Counted from the stretch's first letter, positions 1 to 13,168 are shown. The stretch is 64,000 nucleotides of DNA from Gracilinanus agilis (GCF_016433145.1 NC_058133.1:476229058-476293057), one strand, 5' to 3'. Numbers and translations are program-made. Notes: generated from the letters alone by a model not told the origin.

Positions 1-1255
1 ACAAATATAGGACTCCTCAAGAAGACATAAAAACAAATCCAGACGAATGAAGGGACCCTACAACAGGGTGCAGCATTGAAGGTACGTGGGATTGGGGCAT
101 TTCCATTGTTGCGAGGATTATTTAGTTATTAATTTAGTATTAGTTTATATATAGTTTATGTGGACCTAGCAAGAAGGGCTGGAGAATTCCAAGATGCAAT
201 GAAGAAGCAGGAAGTGTCTTCTTGCTCACTGGGAGAGACTCCATGGTGGTTGGGACAAGCAGCAACTGACCCTAGGAGACACCAGTTTACCAGTGATCCT
301 GTGGAAAGACCATCATGCACTTGTGGGAGTTTTTGGTAGAGACTGCTAATCCCAACCTGAGTTGCAGGTCAACTTGGGCTGGGTCAGCTCCCAGAATCTA
401 CCCACCTGGAAGAGTACAGCAGGTGGTCTTGGAGGAGCAGAAACATCACTGGAGTGAGGCTGCACACTACTATGAGGATATCCACTTCGATCCTGCTTTT
501 CTCTGGGCCCTGTCTTGCTTAGGTCTCAGTTAGTGTAGATAAGTCCCTTCCCTGACCCTGGGTTTGTCCTTAGTCTGAAGAGTGTAGTTACCCCTATTCC
601 CATCAACACCATGCTATAAAGAGGTGAAACAGGTCTCACTAAAACATGAGCTGAGCAACCCCCTCCCCCCCCCCACTACCTACAGTGCCAAAGCCAGCGC
701 AAAAGAGTTAGAGCAAGTTTGGGGCACCCATTAAGCCATTGGCAGCTACCAGGGGTCACCAGGGCCTGCTCCTGAGAGCAGCAAGACTTAAGACCCCAAG
801 AGGCTAAAGAACACACGGACTTTGAACACAGACTCTGAGCGCGGGCACGGACATGGATCCTGAGCGCAGGCATGGTCAGGGATCCTGAGCGCAGGCGCGG
901 ACCTTGAGTGGGGACCCAGTGCAGAGGGGTGCATGACTGTGGAAGCAGTGCCCTGAGACTGTTAAAGGAGCTTCAGGCAGAAGAACAAGAAAGGGGACCA
1001 CCAGGAGGCTTGACCCTGAGAACTAGACCTGAGACCTCAAGAGCCTAAAGAGACAGACAGACCCTGGGTGTGAGGATAAAGCTGAGAGGGTGCTGGGCTA
1101 AAAATGGCAAGCCAGACTCAGGAATCCCAGAAGAGAAAGATCAAGAAGAAACCTTTAACACTCAACAACTTTTACACAGAAAAAATCCAGACAACAGAGC
1201 AAACATTAGAGGAGAACAAACAAGTAACCATATCCAAACCTTCCCCCCCAAAAAA
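1..1255 (+). mobile_element. L1 5'UTR and start of ORF1 (3'-truncated), interrupted by a solo LTR
   Basis: GC-rich UTR with ~25-bp tandem units (835-905). ORF1 ATG at 1104 (MASQTQESQKRKIKKKPLTLNNFY). The UTR reads continuously across the LTR (ggggcatttccat|gctataaag). Confidence 0.75.
107..608. mobile_element. ERV solo LTR (~500 bp)
   Basis: TGTTG...CAACA termini with a perfect 4-bp TSD CCAT (103-106 and 609-612). A 4-bp TSD is typical of ERV1. Confidence 0.85.
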
Positions 1256-1299
1256 GAGAATAATTCTTTGCTCTTTCTTTTTTTTATTCTTTATTTCTT

Positions 1300-1400
1300 C
1301 CTTCCTTTTTTCCCTTCCTTCTTTCCTTCCTTCCTTCCTTCCTTCCTTCCTTCCTTCCTTTCTTCCTTTCTTTCTCTTTCTTTCTTTTTCTGTTTGTCTG
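1300..1400. repeat. (TTCC)n / (TTTC)n microsatellite at a SINE tail
   Basis: Direct reading. Confidence 0.95.
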
Positions 1401-4400
1401 TCTTTCCTTACCTTCTGTCTTAAAATCAAGACTAAGTATTGGTTCCAGGACAGAAGAGTAGTAAAGGCTAGGCAACTGGAATTAAGTGACTTATCCAGGG
1501 TCACACAGCTAGGAAGTATCTGAGGCTAGATATGAACCCAAGGCCTTTTGTCTTCAGGCCAGGTGCTCTATCACTGAGTTACCTTGCTGCCCTATTTCTT
1601 TGCCTTTTCTCTTGAGCCTTTACCACAGGACAGCAGAAGTTTCTTCTCTTCTCTCTCTTCCCAATAACCTATAGCATCTTCAGAAAAACTATTTGCCTAG
1701 TAGGACACATAGTACCTAGTGGGGAGTAGACTCAGTCAATCAAGGCACAAGGCAGGAGTTTTGTGTGTATTGAAAGTCTTAGCCTTGGCTATCAAGCTGC
1801 CCCAAGAGATGCTGTACCATGTCTATCAGGGGAGCAGCATATGGACACAAGAAGAAGAAGATCTCTGGAGCCCTGCAGTCCTATAAGTGTCAAGTGCTTT
1901 AGGTATGTGCATTTCCTCCATGTAGGCCTCTCCTTGGGTACTCTATGTGTACACACCTTCTTCCTCCTGATGCTCCATGTAGTTATAGGAGAATGGGCTC
2001 CAGATTTATGGACAGAAAACTGTGTTTCTCTTCTTCCTAGTTAATAAATGTTCCTAATAATACTGGTTAGTTAATAACTAGTTGCTAGATCCATGTTAGT
2101 AAATGCTTTTGTTTTGAGCTAATTATGCAATATAAAAACAAGTGCACCATTGGGGATTTGTGTGCTGGAATTTTTGTTCAGACCCACCTAATAACTTGAA
2201 TCTAAAATAGCTGATTACTCTGGGAACCTACCAGAAAGTCTGAATTTTGGGAGGCTCTTAGGGGAGTTCTACTCTTCTCCCCAACACTTCACCAAAAGTA
2301 TTTAGCAATAATATAGATCCATTACAACCAAACTCTCACTCTGTGTTACAAAATCCAGTGGCAATGCTATGTATTTGACCAGACCAAACTGTAAAGCAGA
2401 TTTATCCAGAATTCACCTCTTAGTAGCCATGAGTGACTTTAACTATTGGTATATCTGGAATTGGGAAGGACATCATAAGCCACCTATTCCATTTCTTTTT
2501 TTTTTTTTTAACTCTTACCTTCTGTCTTAGAATCAATACCAGGTATTGGTTCCAAGGCAGAAGAGTGGTCAGCACTAGGTAATGTTGGTTAAGTGACCTG
2601 CCCAGGGTCATACAATTGGAAAGTATCTGAGGCCAAATTTGAACAAAGAAACTTTCAATCCATTGAGCTGCCTACATTCCTTTCATTTTAAAAATCAGAA
2701 AAATGAGGTCCATTTGGGTTAATTGACTTGCCAAAGGTTATGAGACGAGTATATTTCAGAGGCAGAATTTGAACACAGGTCCTTTGATCCTGTGCCAGTG
2801 TACCTTCCACTGTACCTTCCTCTCTCTGACCAAAACTGGGTAGCTTGTAAATGCTTGATTTGTTCTAGTTATAATTTAATTCTTCAAAAAGTAAAGGAAG
2901 CAAAAAAAAAAAAAAAGGGAACTGCTATTCTGGACCTGCTTTTTTTTATGCTTTTAATTTTTATTTTTTAGAAAATTTTTCCATGGTTACATGATTCATG
3001 TTCTTACTCTCCCCTCCCACCCCTCTCCAAACCCACCCCCCATAACCAACATGCATTTTTACTGATTTTAACGTGTGTCATTGATCAAAACCTATTTCCA
3101 TATTATTGATAGTTGCCCTGATGTGGTTGTTCAGAGTCTACATCCCCAATCATGTCTACATCAACCCATGTGTTCAAGCAGTTGTTTTTCTTCTGTGTTT
3201 CCACTTCTGTAGTTCTTCCTCTCAATGTGGGTAGCATTCTTTTCCATAAATCCCTCAGAATTGTCCTGGGTTATTGCATTGCTGCTAGTACAGAAGTCCA
3301 TTACATTCAATTTTACCACAGTATATCTGTCTCTGTGTACAATGTACTTCTGGTTCTGCTCCTTTCACTCTGCATCAATTCCTGGAGGTCTTTCCTGTTC
3401 ACATGGAATGCCTCCAGTTTATTATTCCTTTGAGCACAGTAGTATTCCATCACCAGCAGATACCACAATTTGTTTAGCCATCCCCCAGTTGAAAGGCATA
3501 CCCTCGTTTTTCAGTTTTTTGCCACCACAAAGAGTGTGGCTATAAATACTTTTGTACAAGTCTTTTTCCCTATGATCTCTTTGGGGTACAAACCCAGCAA
3601 TAGTATGGCTGGATCAAAGGGCAAGCAATCTTTTAGTGCTCTTTGGGCAAGTTCCAAATTGCCATCCAGAATGGTTGGATCAGTTCACAACTCCACCAGC
3701 AATGCATTAATGTCCCAATTTTGCCACATCCCCTCCAACATTTATTATTTTCCCCTGCTATCATTTTAGCCAATCTGCTAGGTATAAGGTGATACCTCAG
3801 AGTTGTTTTGATTTGCATTTCTCTAATTATTAGAGATTTAGAATACTTTTTCATGTGCTTATTGACAGTTTTGATTTCTTTATGTGAAAATTGCCTATTT
3901 ATGTCCCTTGACCATTTATCAATTGTGGAATGGCTTGATTTTTGGTACAATTGATCTAGCTCCTTCTATACTAGAGTAATTAGACCTCTGTCAGAGTTTT
4001 TTGTTATAAAGATTTTTTCCCCAGTTTGTTGTTTCCCTTCTGATTTTGGTTGCATTGTTTTTGTTTGTACAAAAACTTTTTAATTTAATGTAATCAAAAT
4101 TATTTATTTTACATTTTGTAATTTTTTTCTAACTCTTGCTTGGTTTTAAAATCTTTCCTTTCCCAGAGATCTGACAAGAATACTATTCTGAGTTTGCCTA
4201 ATTTACTTATAGTTTCCTTCTTTATATTCAAGTCATTCACCCATTCTGAATTTATCTTGGTGTAGGGTGTGAGATGTTGATCTAAACCTAATCTCTCCCA
4301 TATTGTTTTCCAATTTTCCCAGCAGTTTTTGTCAAATAGTGGATTTTTGTTCCAAAAGTTCCGCCCTTTGGGTTTATCATAAGCTGCCTTGCTGACATCA

Positions 4401-5273
4401 CTTACCCCAAATCTATTCTACTGATCCACCCTTCTCTCTCTTAGCCAGTACCATATTGTTTTGATAACCACTACTTTATAGTACAACTTAATATCTGGTA
4501 CTGCTAGGCCACCTTCCTTCACATTTTTTTTCATTATTTCCCTTGATATTCTTGATCTTTTGTTCTTCCATATGAACTTTGTTATAGTTTTTTTCTAATT
4601 CAGTAAAAAAGTTTCTTGGTAGTTTGATAAGTATGGCACTAAATAAGTAAGTTAATTTGGGTAAAATGGTCATTTTTATTATGTTAGCTCATCCTACCCA
4701 TGAGCAATCAATGTTTTTCCAATTGTTTAGATCTGTTTTAATTGTTTGGAAAGTGTTTTGTAGTTGTGTTCGTATAATTCCTTTGTTTGTTTTGATAGAT
4801 AGATTCCTAAGTATTTTATATTGTCTAGGGTGATTTTAAATGGTATTTCTCTTTCTAACTCTTGCTGCTGAGATGTGTTGGAAATATATAGAAATGCTGA
4901 TGATTTATGTGCATTTATTTTGTGTCCTGCCACTTTGCTAATGTTGTTGATTATTTCCACTAGCTTTTTAGTTGATTCTCTAGGATTTTTTAAGTAGACC
5001 ATCATATCATCTGCAAAGAGTGATAGCTTGGTCTCCTCATTGAGAATTTTAATACCTTCAATTTCTTTTTCTTCTCTAATTGCTACTGCTAGTGTTTCTA
5101 GTACAATGTTAAATAATAGAGGTGATAATGGGTATCCTTGTTTCACTCCTGATCTTTTTGGGAAGGCTTCTAATTTATCTCCATTGCATATGATGCTTGT
5201 TGTTGGTTTTACATATATACTGTTTATTATTTTTAGGAAAGGTACTTCTATTCCTATACTTTCTAGTGTTTTC

Positions 5274-5599
5274 TTTTTTAAAAAACATTTAATAATATTT
5301 ATTTTTTAGAAAAGTTAACATGGTTACATAATTCATGCTCTTACTTTCCCCTTCACCCCCCTTCAACCCCGCCCCCCATCCCATGGCTGATGCATATTTC
5401 CACTGGTTTTAACATGTGTCATTGATCAAGACCTATTTCCAAATTTTTGATAGTTGCATTGGTGTGGTAGTTTCAAGTCTACATCCCCAATCATGTCCGC
5501 CTCAATCCATGTGTTCAAGCAGTTGTTTTTCTTCTGTTTCCACTCCTGTAGTTCTTCCTCTGAATGTAGGTAGTGTTCTTTTCCATAAGTCCCTCAGAC
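5274..5599 (-). mobile_element. 5'-truncated L1 3' end nested in the larger L1
   Basis: Perfect 15-bp TSD CTTTCTAGTGTTTTC (5259-5273 and 5600-5614); poly(T) tail on the plus strand. Confidence 0.9.
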
Positions 5600-6218
5600 C
5601 TTTCTAGTGTTTTCAATAGGAATGAGTATTGTATTTTGTCACAGGCTTTTTCAGCATCTATTGAGATAATGATGTGATTTTTGTTTGTTAGTTTGTTGAT
5701 ATGGTTAATTATATGGATGGTTTTCCTAATGTTGAACCATCCTTGCATTCCTGGTATAAATCCCACCTGATCATGAAGGATAACCCTCTTGATCACTTGT
5801 TAGAGTCTTTTTGCTAGTATTCTATTTAATATTTTTTTATCTATGTTCATCAGGGAGATTGGACTATAGTTTTCTTTCTTTGTTTTTGGTCTGCCTGGCT
5901 TTGGAATCAGTACCATATTAGTGTCATAAAAGGAATTTGGTAGAACTCCTTCTTTACTTATTATGTCAAATAATTTGTATAGTGTTGGGATTATTTGTTC
6001 TTTGAATGTTTGATAAAATTCACTTGTGAATCCATCAGGCCCTGGAGATTTTTTTCTTAAGGAGTTCTTTGATGGCTTGTTCAATTTCTTTTTCTGATAT
6101 TAGATTATTTAAGTATTCTATTTCTTCTGCTGTTAATCTAAGCAATTTATATTTTTGTAAATATTCATCCATATCACCTAGATTGCTATATTTATTGCCA
6201 TATAATTGGACAAAATAG

Positions 6219-6835
6219 GAGATGGACCACTTCACCTATTTGGGTAGCATAGTCAGCAAGGACGGCGGGGCAGATGAGGACATCAGAAACTGAATCAACA
6301 AAGCCAGACAGGCATTTAACACCTTACAGTCTGTCTGGATCTCCAAAGCACTGTCCCTCGTCACTAAGCTCTGAATCTTCAATACCAACGTAAAGGCCAT
6401 CCTCCTATATGGATCAGAAAGCTGGAGAGTGACGAAAGTCAACACCAACAAACTCCAAGTCTTTGTTAACAGATGTCTGCGCTACATCTTGAACATCAGA
6501 TGGCCTGAAAAGATCTCCAATGCTAGTCTCTGGGAAAGAACAATCCAGTATCCCATTAGTCAGGACATAAAGAAACGTAAGTGGAGATGGATAGGACATA
6601 CGCTACAAAAACCGGAAGACAACGTAGCCAGACAAGCATTGAGCTGGAACCCTTCAGGGAGGAGGAAAATCGGAAGACCAAAACAGACCTGGCGAAGATC
6701 TGCCGAAAATGAAACAAAAACAGTCGGAATGACATGGGCCCAGCTGGGGGAAGTTGCCCAGAACAGAGTCCGCTGGCGTGAGATGGTTGCAGCCCTATGC
6801 TCCTAAGGAGTCAATAGGAATAATAAATAATAATA
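6219..6835 (+). mobile_element. 5'-truncated RTE-clade LINE nested antisense in L1 ORF2
   Basis: [13 protein letters not shown]...LLYGSESW...KWRWIGHTL...GRPKQTWRR...RVRWR C-terminal RTE motifs, (AAT)n tail, and a 17-bp TSD with 2 mismatches (6202-6218 and 6836-6852). Confidence 0.9.
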
Positions 6836-8534
6836 ATAATTGGAGAAAATGGTTTTTGATTGCCTTAATTTCTTCATTAGAGGTGAGGTCTCCCTTTTCA
6901 ACTTTGATATTTTTAATTTGGTTTTCTTTTTTTCCTTTTTTAAGTTAGATTGACCAGTACTTTGTCTATTTTATCTGTTTTTTCAAAGTACCAGCTTCTA
7001 GTCTTATTTATTAACTCAATAGTTCTTTTACTGTTGGTTTTATTAATTTCTCCTTTGATTTTTAGTATTTTACTTTTGTTTTTGTTTGGGGATTTTTAAT
7101 TTGTTCAGTTTCTAGTTTTTTAAGTTGCATGTTCAATTTACTGACCTCTTCTCTTCCTAATTTGTTAATATATGCACTCAATGATATAAATTTCCCCCTT
7201 GGTACTGCTTTGGCTGCATCCCATAGGTTTTGGTAAGAAGTCTCATTGTTGTCATTCTCTTCAATGAAATTATTAATTGTTTCTATGATTTGTTCTTTAA
7301 CTAACTTATTTTGGAGAATCATATTATTTAGTTTCCAATTAGTTTTTGGTTTGCCTCTCCATGCATTCTTATTAATAACTATTTTTATTGCATTATGATC
7401 TGATAAGTTTGCATTTATTATTTCTGCTTTTTTGCATTTGTTTGCCATGTTTCTATGCCCTATTACATGGTAATCTTTGTGAATGTTCCATGTGCTGCTG
7501 AAAAGAAGGTGTATTCCTTTTTGTCCCTATTTATTTTTCTCCATATATCTATTAACTGTAATTTTTCTAGGATTTCATTTACCTCTCCTATCTCTTTCTT
7601 ATTTATTTTTTGGTTTGGTTTATCTAGATCTGATAGGGTAAGGTTCAGGTGTCCTACTAGTATAGTTTTATTATCTATTTCCTCTTTGAGCTCTGCCAGT
7701 TTCTCCTTTAGAAATTTAGATGCTATACCATTTGGTGCATACATGTTGAGTACTGTTATTTCTTCATTGTTTATACTACCTTTTATCAGGATGTAATTTC
7801 CTTCCCTATCTCTTTTAACCAGATCTATTTTAACTTTGGATTTGTCAGAAATCATGATTGCAACTCCTGCCTTCTTTTTCTCAGTTGAAACACAATAGAT
7901 TTTGCTCCAGCCTTTTATTTTTACTTTACATATGTCTACCTGTCTCATGTGTGTTTCTTGTAGACAACATATGGTCGGATTTTGGTTTCTAATCTGCTCT
8001 GCTATTTGCTTCTGTTTTATGGGCGAGTTCATCCTATTCACATTCAGAGTTATAATTATCAACTGTGTATTCCCAGACATTTTGATACCCTCTCCTTGTC
8101 CTGCTCTTTCTTCTTTCACTATTTCCTTCTATATCAGTGTTTTGTTTTTAATCAGTTCCCTATATCCCCTCCCTTATTGTACTTCCCTTTCTCCCCTTTC
8201 CCTTCTTATTCCCCTCTTATTCTGCTTTAGGGTCTTTTTAAGCTACCCCCTTTCCCTCCCTAGTGTTTCTTCCCACCCACCAGTCCTTTTGTTACTCTTC
8301 TACTTCTCTATAGGGCGCAAATCAATTCACTGCCCCAATGGATCTGATTGTTCTTCCCTCTTTAAGTTAATTTCAATGCACTTAAGTATTTCCTCTGTCC
8401 ACTCTCTTTACCCTTCCAGTGTATTGGTCTTCTCCACTGTCCACCCCACATGCTTCTTTATGAAATATAAATTTACTCCATTTTGTCTGTTTTCCCATTT
8501 CTCTTAATATTATCTCCTTTTTTTACCTCTAGTT

Positions 8535-8610
8535 TTATATATATATTTATACACACATATATATGTAAATACACACACACACATATATATGTATATATAT
8601 ATATACACAT
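8535..8610. repeat. (TA)n/(CA)n microsatellite in the L1 inter-ORF region
   Basis: Direct reading. Confidence 0.9.
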
Positions 8611-11600
8611 ATATCTTGACATTTCATCCTATACAGTTTGTCCCTGTTCCCTCTAAGTATACCTCTTCTAGCTACCCTTTTGATAATAACAATTTTTAAG
8701 AGTTACCAATATCTTCTTTTCTTATAGGGATATAAGTCAATTGAACTTATTGGGTTCCTTAAAGAAAAGATTTTTTGGTTTTTTTCCCTTCTCTCTTAAT
8801 TACCTTATAGTGATTCTCTTGAGTTCTGTGTTTGGGAAGCAAACTCTCTGTTTAAGTCCCGTTTTTTCTTTATGAATGCTTGGAAGTCTTCAATTTTGTT
8901 GAATGACCATACTTTCCCCTTTTAAGTCGGGTTCATCTAGAGGATGCCCCAGCTCTGTTCTGTTGTCAGATTTGGTTTTCTGTTCCTTTGGAGCCCTTTG
9001 TCCTTGATTGGTGGTGAAGGGCTTTATGGAGGTCTGGAGCCTTGCTGCTTCTATGCAGCCACATTCCCAGAATTCCTTGTTGATGGTTTCAGATATATCT
9101 CTGGACCTGCTTTTGACCAACATGAAAGTCTTCATCAATGAAGGAAAATGATCAGAACTCTAGAAGGAGATGACCACTCTTAGGATGTGTGACAGAGGAC
9201 AAGAGAAATGTTGGGAACAATTTAATATGCATTCTAGATTTTGAGAGAATGGATTTTAAAGAGTTCAGAGAGAGAATAGGTAAGGATTAATTAACTAAAA
9301 TGAAGTATAATTTTTTTCACCTTTTTTTTTTGTTTTCCCCCCCTCAGTATGTCTAGTATAGAAATTTTTTTCATGATTTCACATATATAATTGATATCTT
9401 ATTGCTGGTTTTCTTAGTGGATGGGATGGGAGGAAGGGAGAAATTTTGGAAATTTAAATTTAAAAAGAAAAAAATGTTAAAAATAAACAAATAATATTAA
9501 AAAAATAAGACTAAATCTCTCCTAAGGATAAAAAAGAATTAATGAATTAAAATTCCATATGGCTTCAGCTCACATCAGGAAAAAGAACTTTTGTTCTAAA
9601 ATTGTTGTCATCTGAACTGTGGCTCTGATTTTCTTAATGCTTCTCTGATTCATCATTAACAACTTGCATTAGAAGACTCATTGTGAACTGTAAACATTCA
9701 CATGGCATGGACCAGAATGTGACACTTGAGACTTATTCTTTCTGGAGAAAGTAGGAAATACCTAGAATTTCTGATTTTTGCTCTCCATCACTTCTTTTGT
9801 TCTTTTATCTTTGCCCTTTATCTCACCCACCAATCAGAGGTTTGTGATAGGAACAGTGTTCTCTGACATATCTTCTTTTTTCCCATCCACAACATGGAGA
9901 AGTTTTATCTAAAAGAAAACACAGCTTTTTCTCCCACTGCCCTCCATCCCCCTCCACTATACTCAGACAACATTTGGTAGGTAGACCCAGAACATAGTTG
10001 TCCTTGGTTTCCCTAATACAGCTTCTTGATCATTAGGGGCCTAAAAGTCCTAGCCACATGGAATCTAGGCCTCTTGTTGAATATATAAAACCACGAGAGT
10101 TGACCAGAAGGAAGAAAGAGAGAACAAAGAAAGAAAAAGAGTCAGAGGTAACAGAACTTCAGATGCATCTAAAAGAAGATGCTAATAAAAACATTCTTTG
10201 TTTGCTGGTTGTTCATTTATTTATTTCCACTTTTTTAAGCTAGGTTGTGTACCTGGCTTGGAGTGAGGAAATCCCAAGTTCAAATCTGACCTCAGATACT
10301 TACTAACTGTGTAATAACCCTGGGCAAGTCACTTTACCCTGTCTGCCTCAGTTTCCCTTTCTGTAAAATAAGCTAGAGAAGGAAATGGCAAGCCACTCCA
10401 GTATCTCTGCCAAGAAAACCCCAAACAGGGTCACAAAGAGTTAGACACAAATGAAATGTCCGAACAAGAACAAAGGCTAAGAATTTTATATAAGAATTTA
10501 CTCCTTTTGAAGCAGCTAGGTGGCGGAGTGGACAGAGACCAAGGAGGTCCTGAGGGTTCAAATGCGGCCTTGGACATTTCCTAGCTGTGTGAGTCACTAA
10601 CCCTAATTGCCTACCCCTTACCATTCTTCTGTCTTGGAACTGATACTTGTATCGATTCTAAGACAGAAGGTAAGGATTTTTTTTTTAAAGATTATACTCC
10701 TTTGATAGTTATGTTTTTATTTAGTTATTACATTATAACAAATTATTTTAAAGACATGCACAGAAGATAGAAGTCAGTCAACTAGTATCTATTAAGTGCC
10801 TATATTATAAGCCAAGCATTATGCTAAGTACTAGAAAGGCAAGGGCAGGTAATAGAAAAGCAATACAAGAGAGATCTGGTCTGCTTAAGGAGCATTATCA
10901 AGAACTATAAAGCCCAGAAGGTGAATGCTAGGGACAACAAAGCTAGAATGAGTTCAAGAGGAAACTCTAAGAAAGGATGGATTTGCTGTCGGAGCAGATG
11001 GGGCGATGATAAGAGGTTACCATAAAAGACAGAGAGAAAGCACAACTACTCAGTTATTTTTGCATCTATTTTCTCTGTGAAGAAGGTTAACGGAGAGCTG
11101 AGACCCAAAATTAATGAAACATTAAAAGACTGAATTCAAGTCACTAGGCTATGGCAAATATATGCTAGGGGGCTGAAAGAACTGCTGGATCTCATTGCTG
11201 AACCACTGTCAGTGATCATTTAAAACTTATGTAATATAGAAATGCTACAAGACTGAAGAAGCACAAATATTCTGATTTTCAATAAGGAAATGAGGGTGAA
11301 ATCTGTAAAAGTTGAGAAGCTTGACTTTAATTCATGATGAAATTCTGGAATGTAAGGGATTCCTTTTTTGGAAATTTAGAAAGGAAAACATTGGTCAGTA
11401 GCAGTTAGCAGAGGTTTATCAATAATAGGTCAAGCCAGATTAACTTTGTTTCCTTTTTTGACAGGCTCCTAGTCTGGTAGATGAGGAAAATCTTGTAGAC
11501 ACAAAATACCTAAATTTCAACAAAGGATAGGTCAAAATTTCTCAAGTGGTTCTTGAAGACAAGATGTTGAGAGGTGGGTTAGATGATAGTATAGATACAC

Positions 11601-12369
11601 AAATGCGGAATTAGATGAATGACAAAACCTAAAGAATAGTCTTTAGTAATACATTAAGGACAGTTATCACCCTAGATAGAAGTCTAGTTGAATGCCTAGG
11701 GATTTCTCTTTAACCCTGTGCTGTTTAACATTTTTTTCCCCCAATAATTTAAATGGAAGCATAGATGGCATGCATATGAAATCTGCAAATAACATGAATC
11801 TGGAAGGAATAGTTAACATGTTGGATGATGGAGTCACGATACAGAAAGATCTTCACAGGTTAGCATAATAGCTAAAATGAAAGATGAAATTACATTCCCT
11901 TCAATGAGCCTGTGATATCGTCAATGTGGGTACTCCTACCAATTGTTTAGATCGCAACCCATTCATGCCTTCTAATCCTGTCTGATACTTGTCTATGTTT
12001 TCCCATAAATCATCTACAGGGTATCCAAACAGAAAATTGAGAGCCTTCCTAATATTATACAAGCACTAACAAAACATATGTAGTATTATTATTTAGAAAA
12101 AAAGGTTTTCAAGAAAATACCAGTAACTACTATGGTAACTTCCCTATTTCTTCTTTTTTCAATAATGTTTTATTTTCCCCAATTACATGTAGAAGCAATT
12201 TCTAGCATTCATTTTCCAATATTTCAATTTCCAAATTCTCTCTCTCCTTTCTCCCCTTCCTGAGACAGTAAAGCAATTTGATATAGATGATATATGCGCT
12301 GTCATAGAAAACATTTCCCTAAGTCATCATGTTGTGTACTTCCTTATTTCTTTATAATATTTAGGATAA

Positions 12370-13075
12370 TAAAGGTTTTTTTGATGAATGTCTGAGAAGG
12401 GGAAAGAAAAACTTTCGTTGTTTATTCTGCAGTGGATCACAGTCACATAACTAACTGAAAGGTATAAGAAATAGGAGATCCCACTGTATTTATTGTTTAA
12501 TTCTCTACAAAGAGTTTGATTCAGTACAGTGAAATGCCACTTTAAAAGTATTTTCTCTGGGGCCAGGTAGGTGGCTCAGTGGATTGAGAACCAGGCCTGG
12601 AAATAGGAGGTCCTGTGTTCAAATCTGACTTCAGACACTTCCTATCTATGTTACCCTGGGCAAATCACTTAACTTTCCCATTGCCTAGCCCTCACTACTC
12701 TGCTACCTTGGAACAAATACTGATTCTAAGAAGGTAAGAGTTTTTCTTAAAGTGTTTCCTCTAAGTTTTTCTCATTCATAAGTCAAAATATTAGAGCCCT
12801 TGAAAGATGAAACAGAGGTAATTTTGCTTGATTCTTCATTTATTAACATTCAGAAAGACATAAAACCAGGAAAAATGCTTACCAAAGGTATGAGCCATTA
12901 TTATGTAGTCCAAATGGAAGGATTCTCCATATATAACAAAGTCTTCCAGATGCTCCTAAATGAGATCCAAAATTGCTCAAAAGAAATTGGCCTAACTATC
13001 CAAGAAGAATAAACCAAGTGTGTGTAAAATGTCTATTGTCCAGATTGTGATATGCAGCTGGTTCATTTGTGTATG
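12370..13075 (+). mobile_element. Old marsupial RTE fragment, interrupted by a SINE
   Basis: Degenerate VFQML..LLNEI..SKEIGLTI RT-domain remnants. Confidence 0.6.
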
Positions 13076-13168
13076 TATACAGTTATGTGAAAGAGAGATT
13101 TTATTTTTTCTGTATATGTGTATATAATTACATATATATGTATATATACACACACACACACACAGGTA

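Larger units (their letters stand above)
2944..9099 (-). mobile_element. L1 with 5' end, short ORF1 tail, full-length degenerate ORF2 (~8080 to ~3310) and 3'UTR; most of the 5'UTR and ORF1 are missing
   Basis: 15-bp TSD TCTGGACCTGCTTTT (2929-2943 and 9100-9114). Endonuclease (MSGNTQLIIITLNVN) and RT (KQGYPLSPLLFNIVLE, LFADDM) motifs are present. Confidence 0.9.
2290..11900 (+). mobile_element. Ancient L3/CR1 LINE, fragmented (about 2290-2490, 2830-2943, 9100-9300, 10900-11900)
   Basis: Degenerate CR1 ORF2 motifs in order: VAMSDFNY (MGDFNY), TAILDLLLTN reconstituted across the L1 insertion, LDF..DFKEFRE, LIAEPLSVI, and NFVSFFDR..LVDE. Confidence 0.75.

Noticed and set aside
1070-1523. Hydrophobic or charged ORFs of 63-139 aa
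   Set aside because: Translation of the (TTCC)n microsatellite and SINE following a truncated L1 ORF1.
2370-2490. NACHT/NLRC3-like P-loop (VTLTIGISGIGK) suggesting an NLR pseudogene
   Set aside because: An adjacent frame gives VAMSDFNY, the CR1/L3 endonuclease motif, collinear with downstream L3 fragments. The P-loop frame has several stops and no further NACHT motifs.
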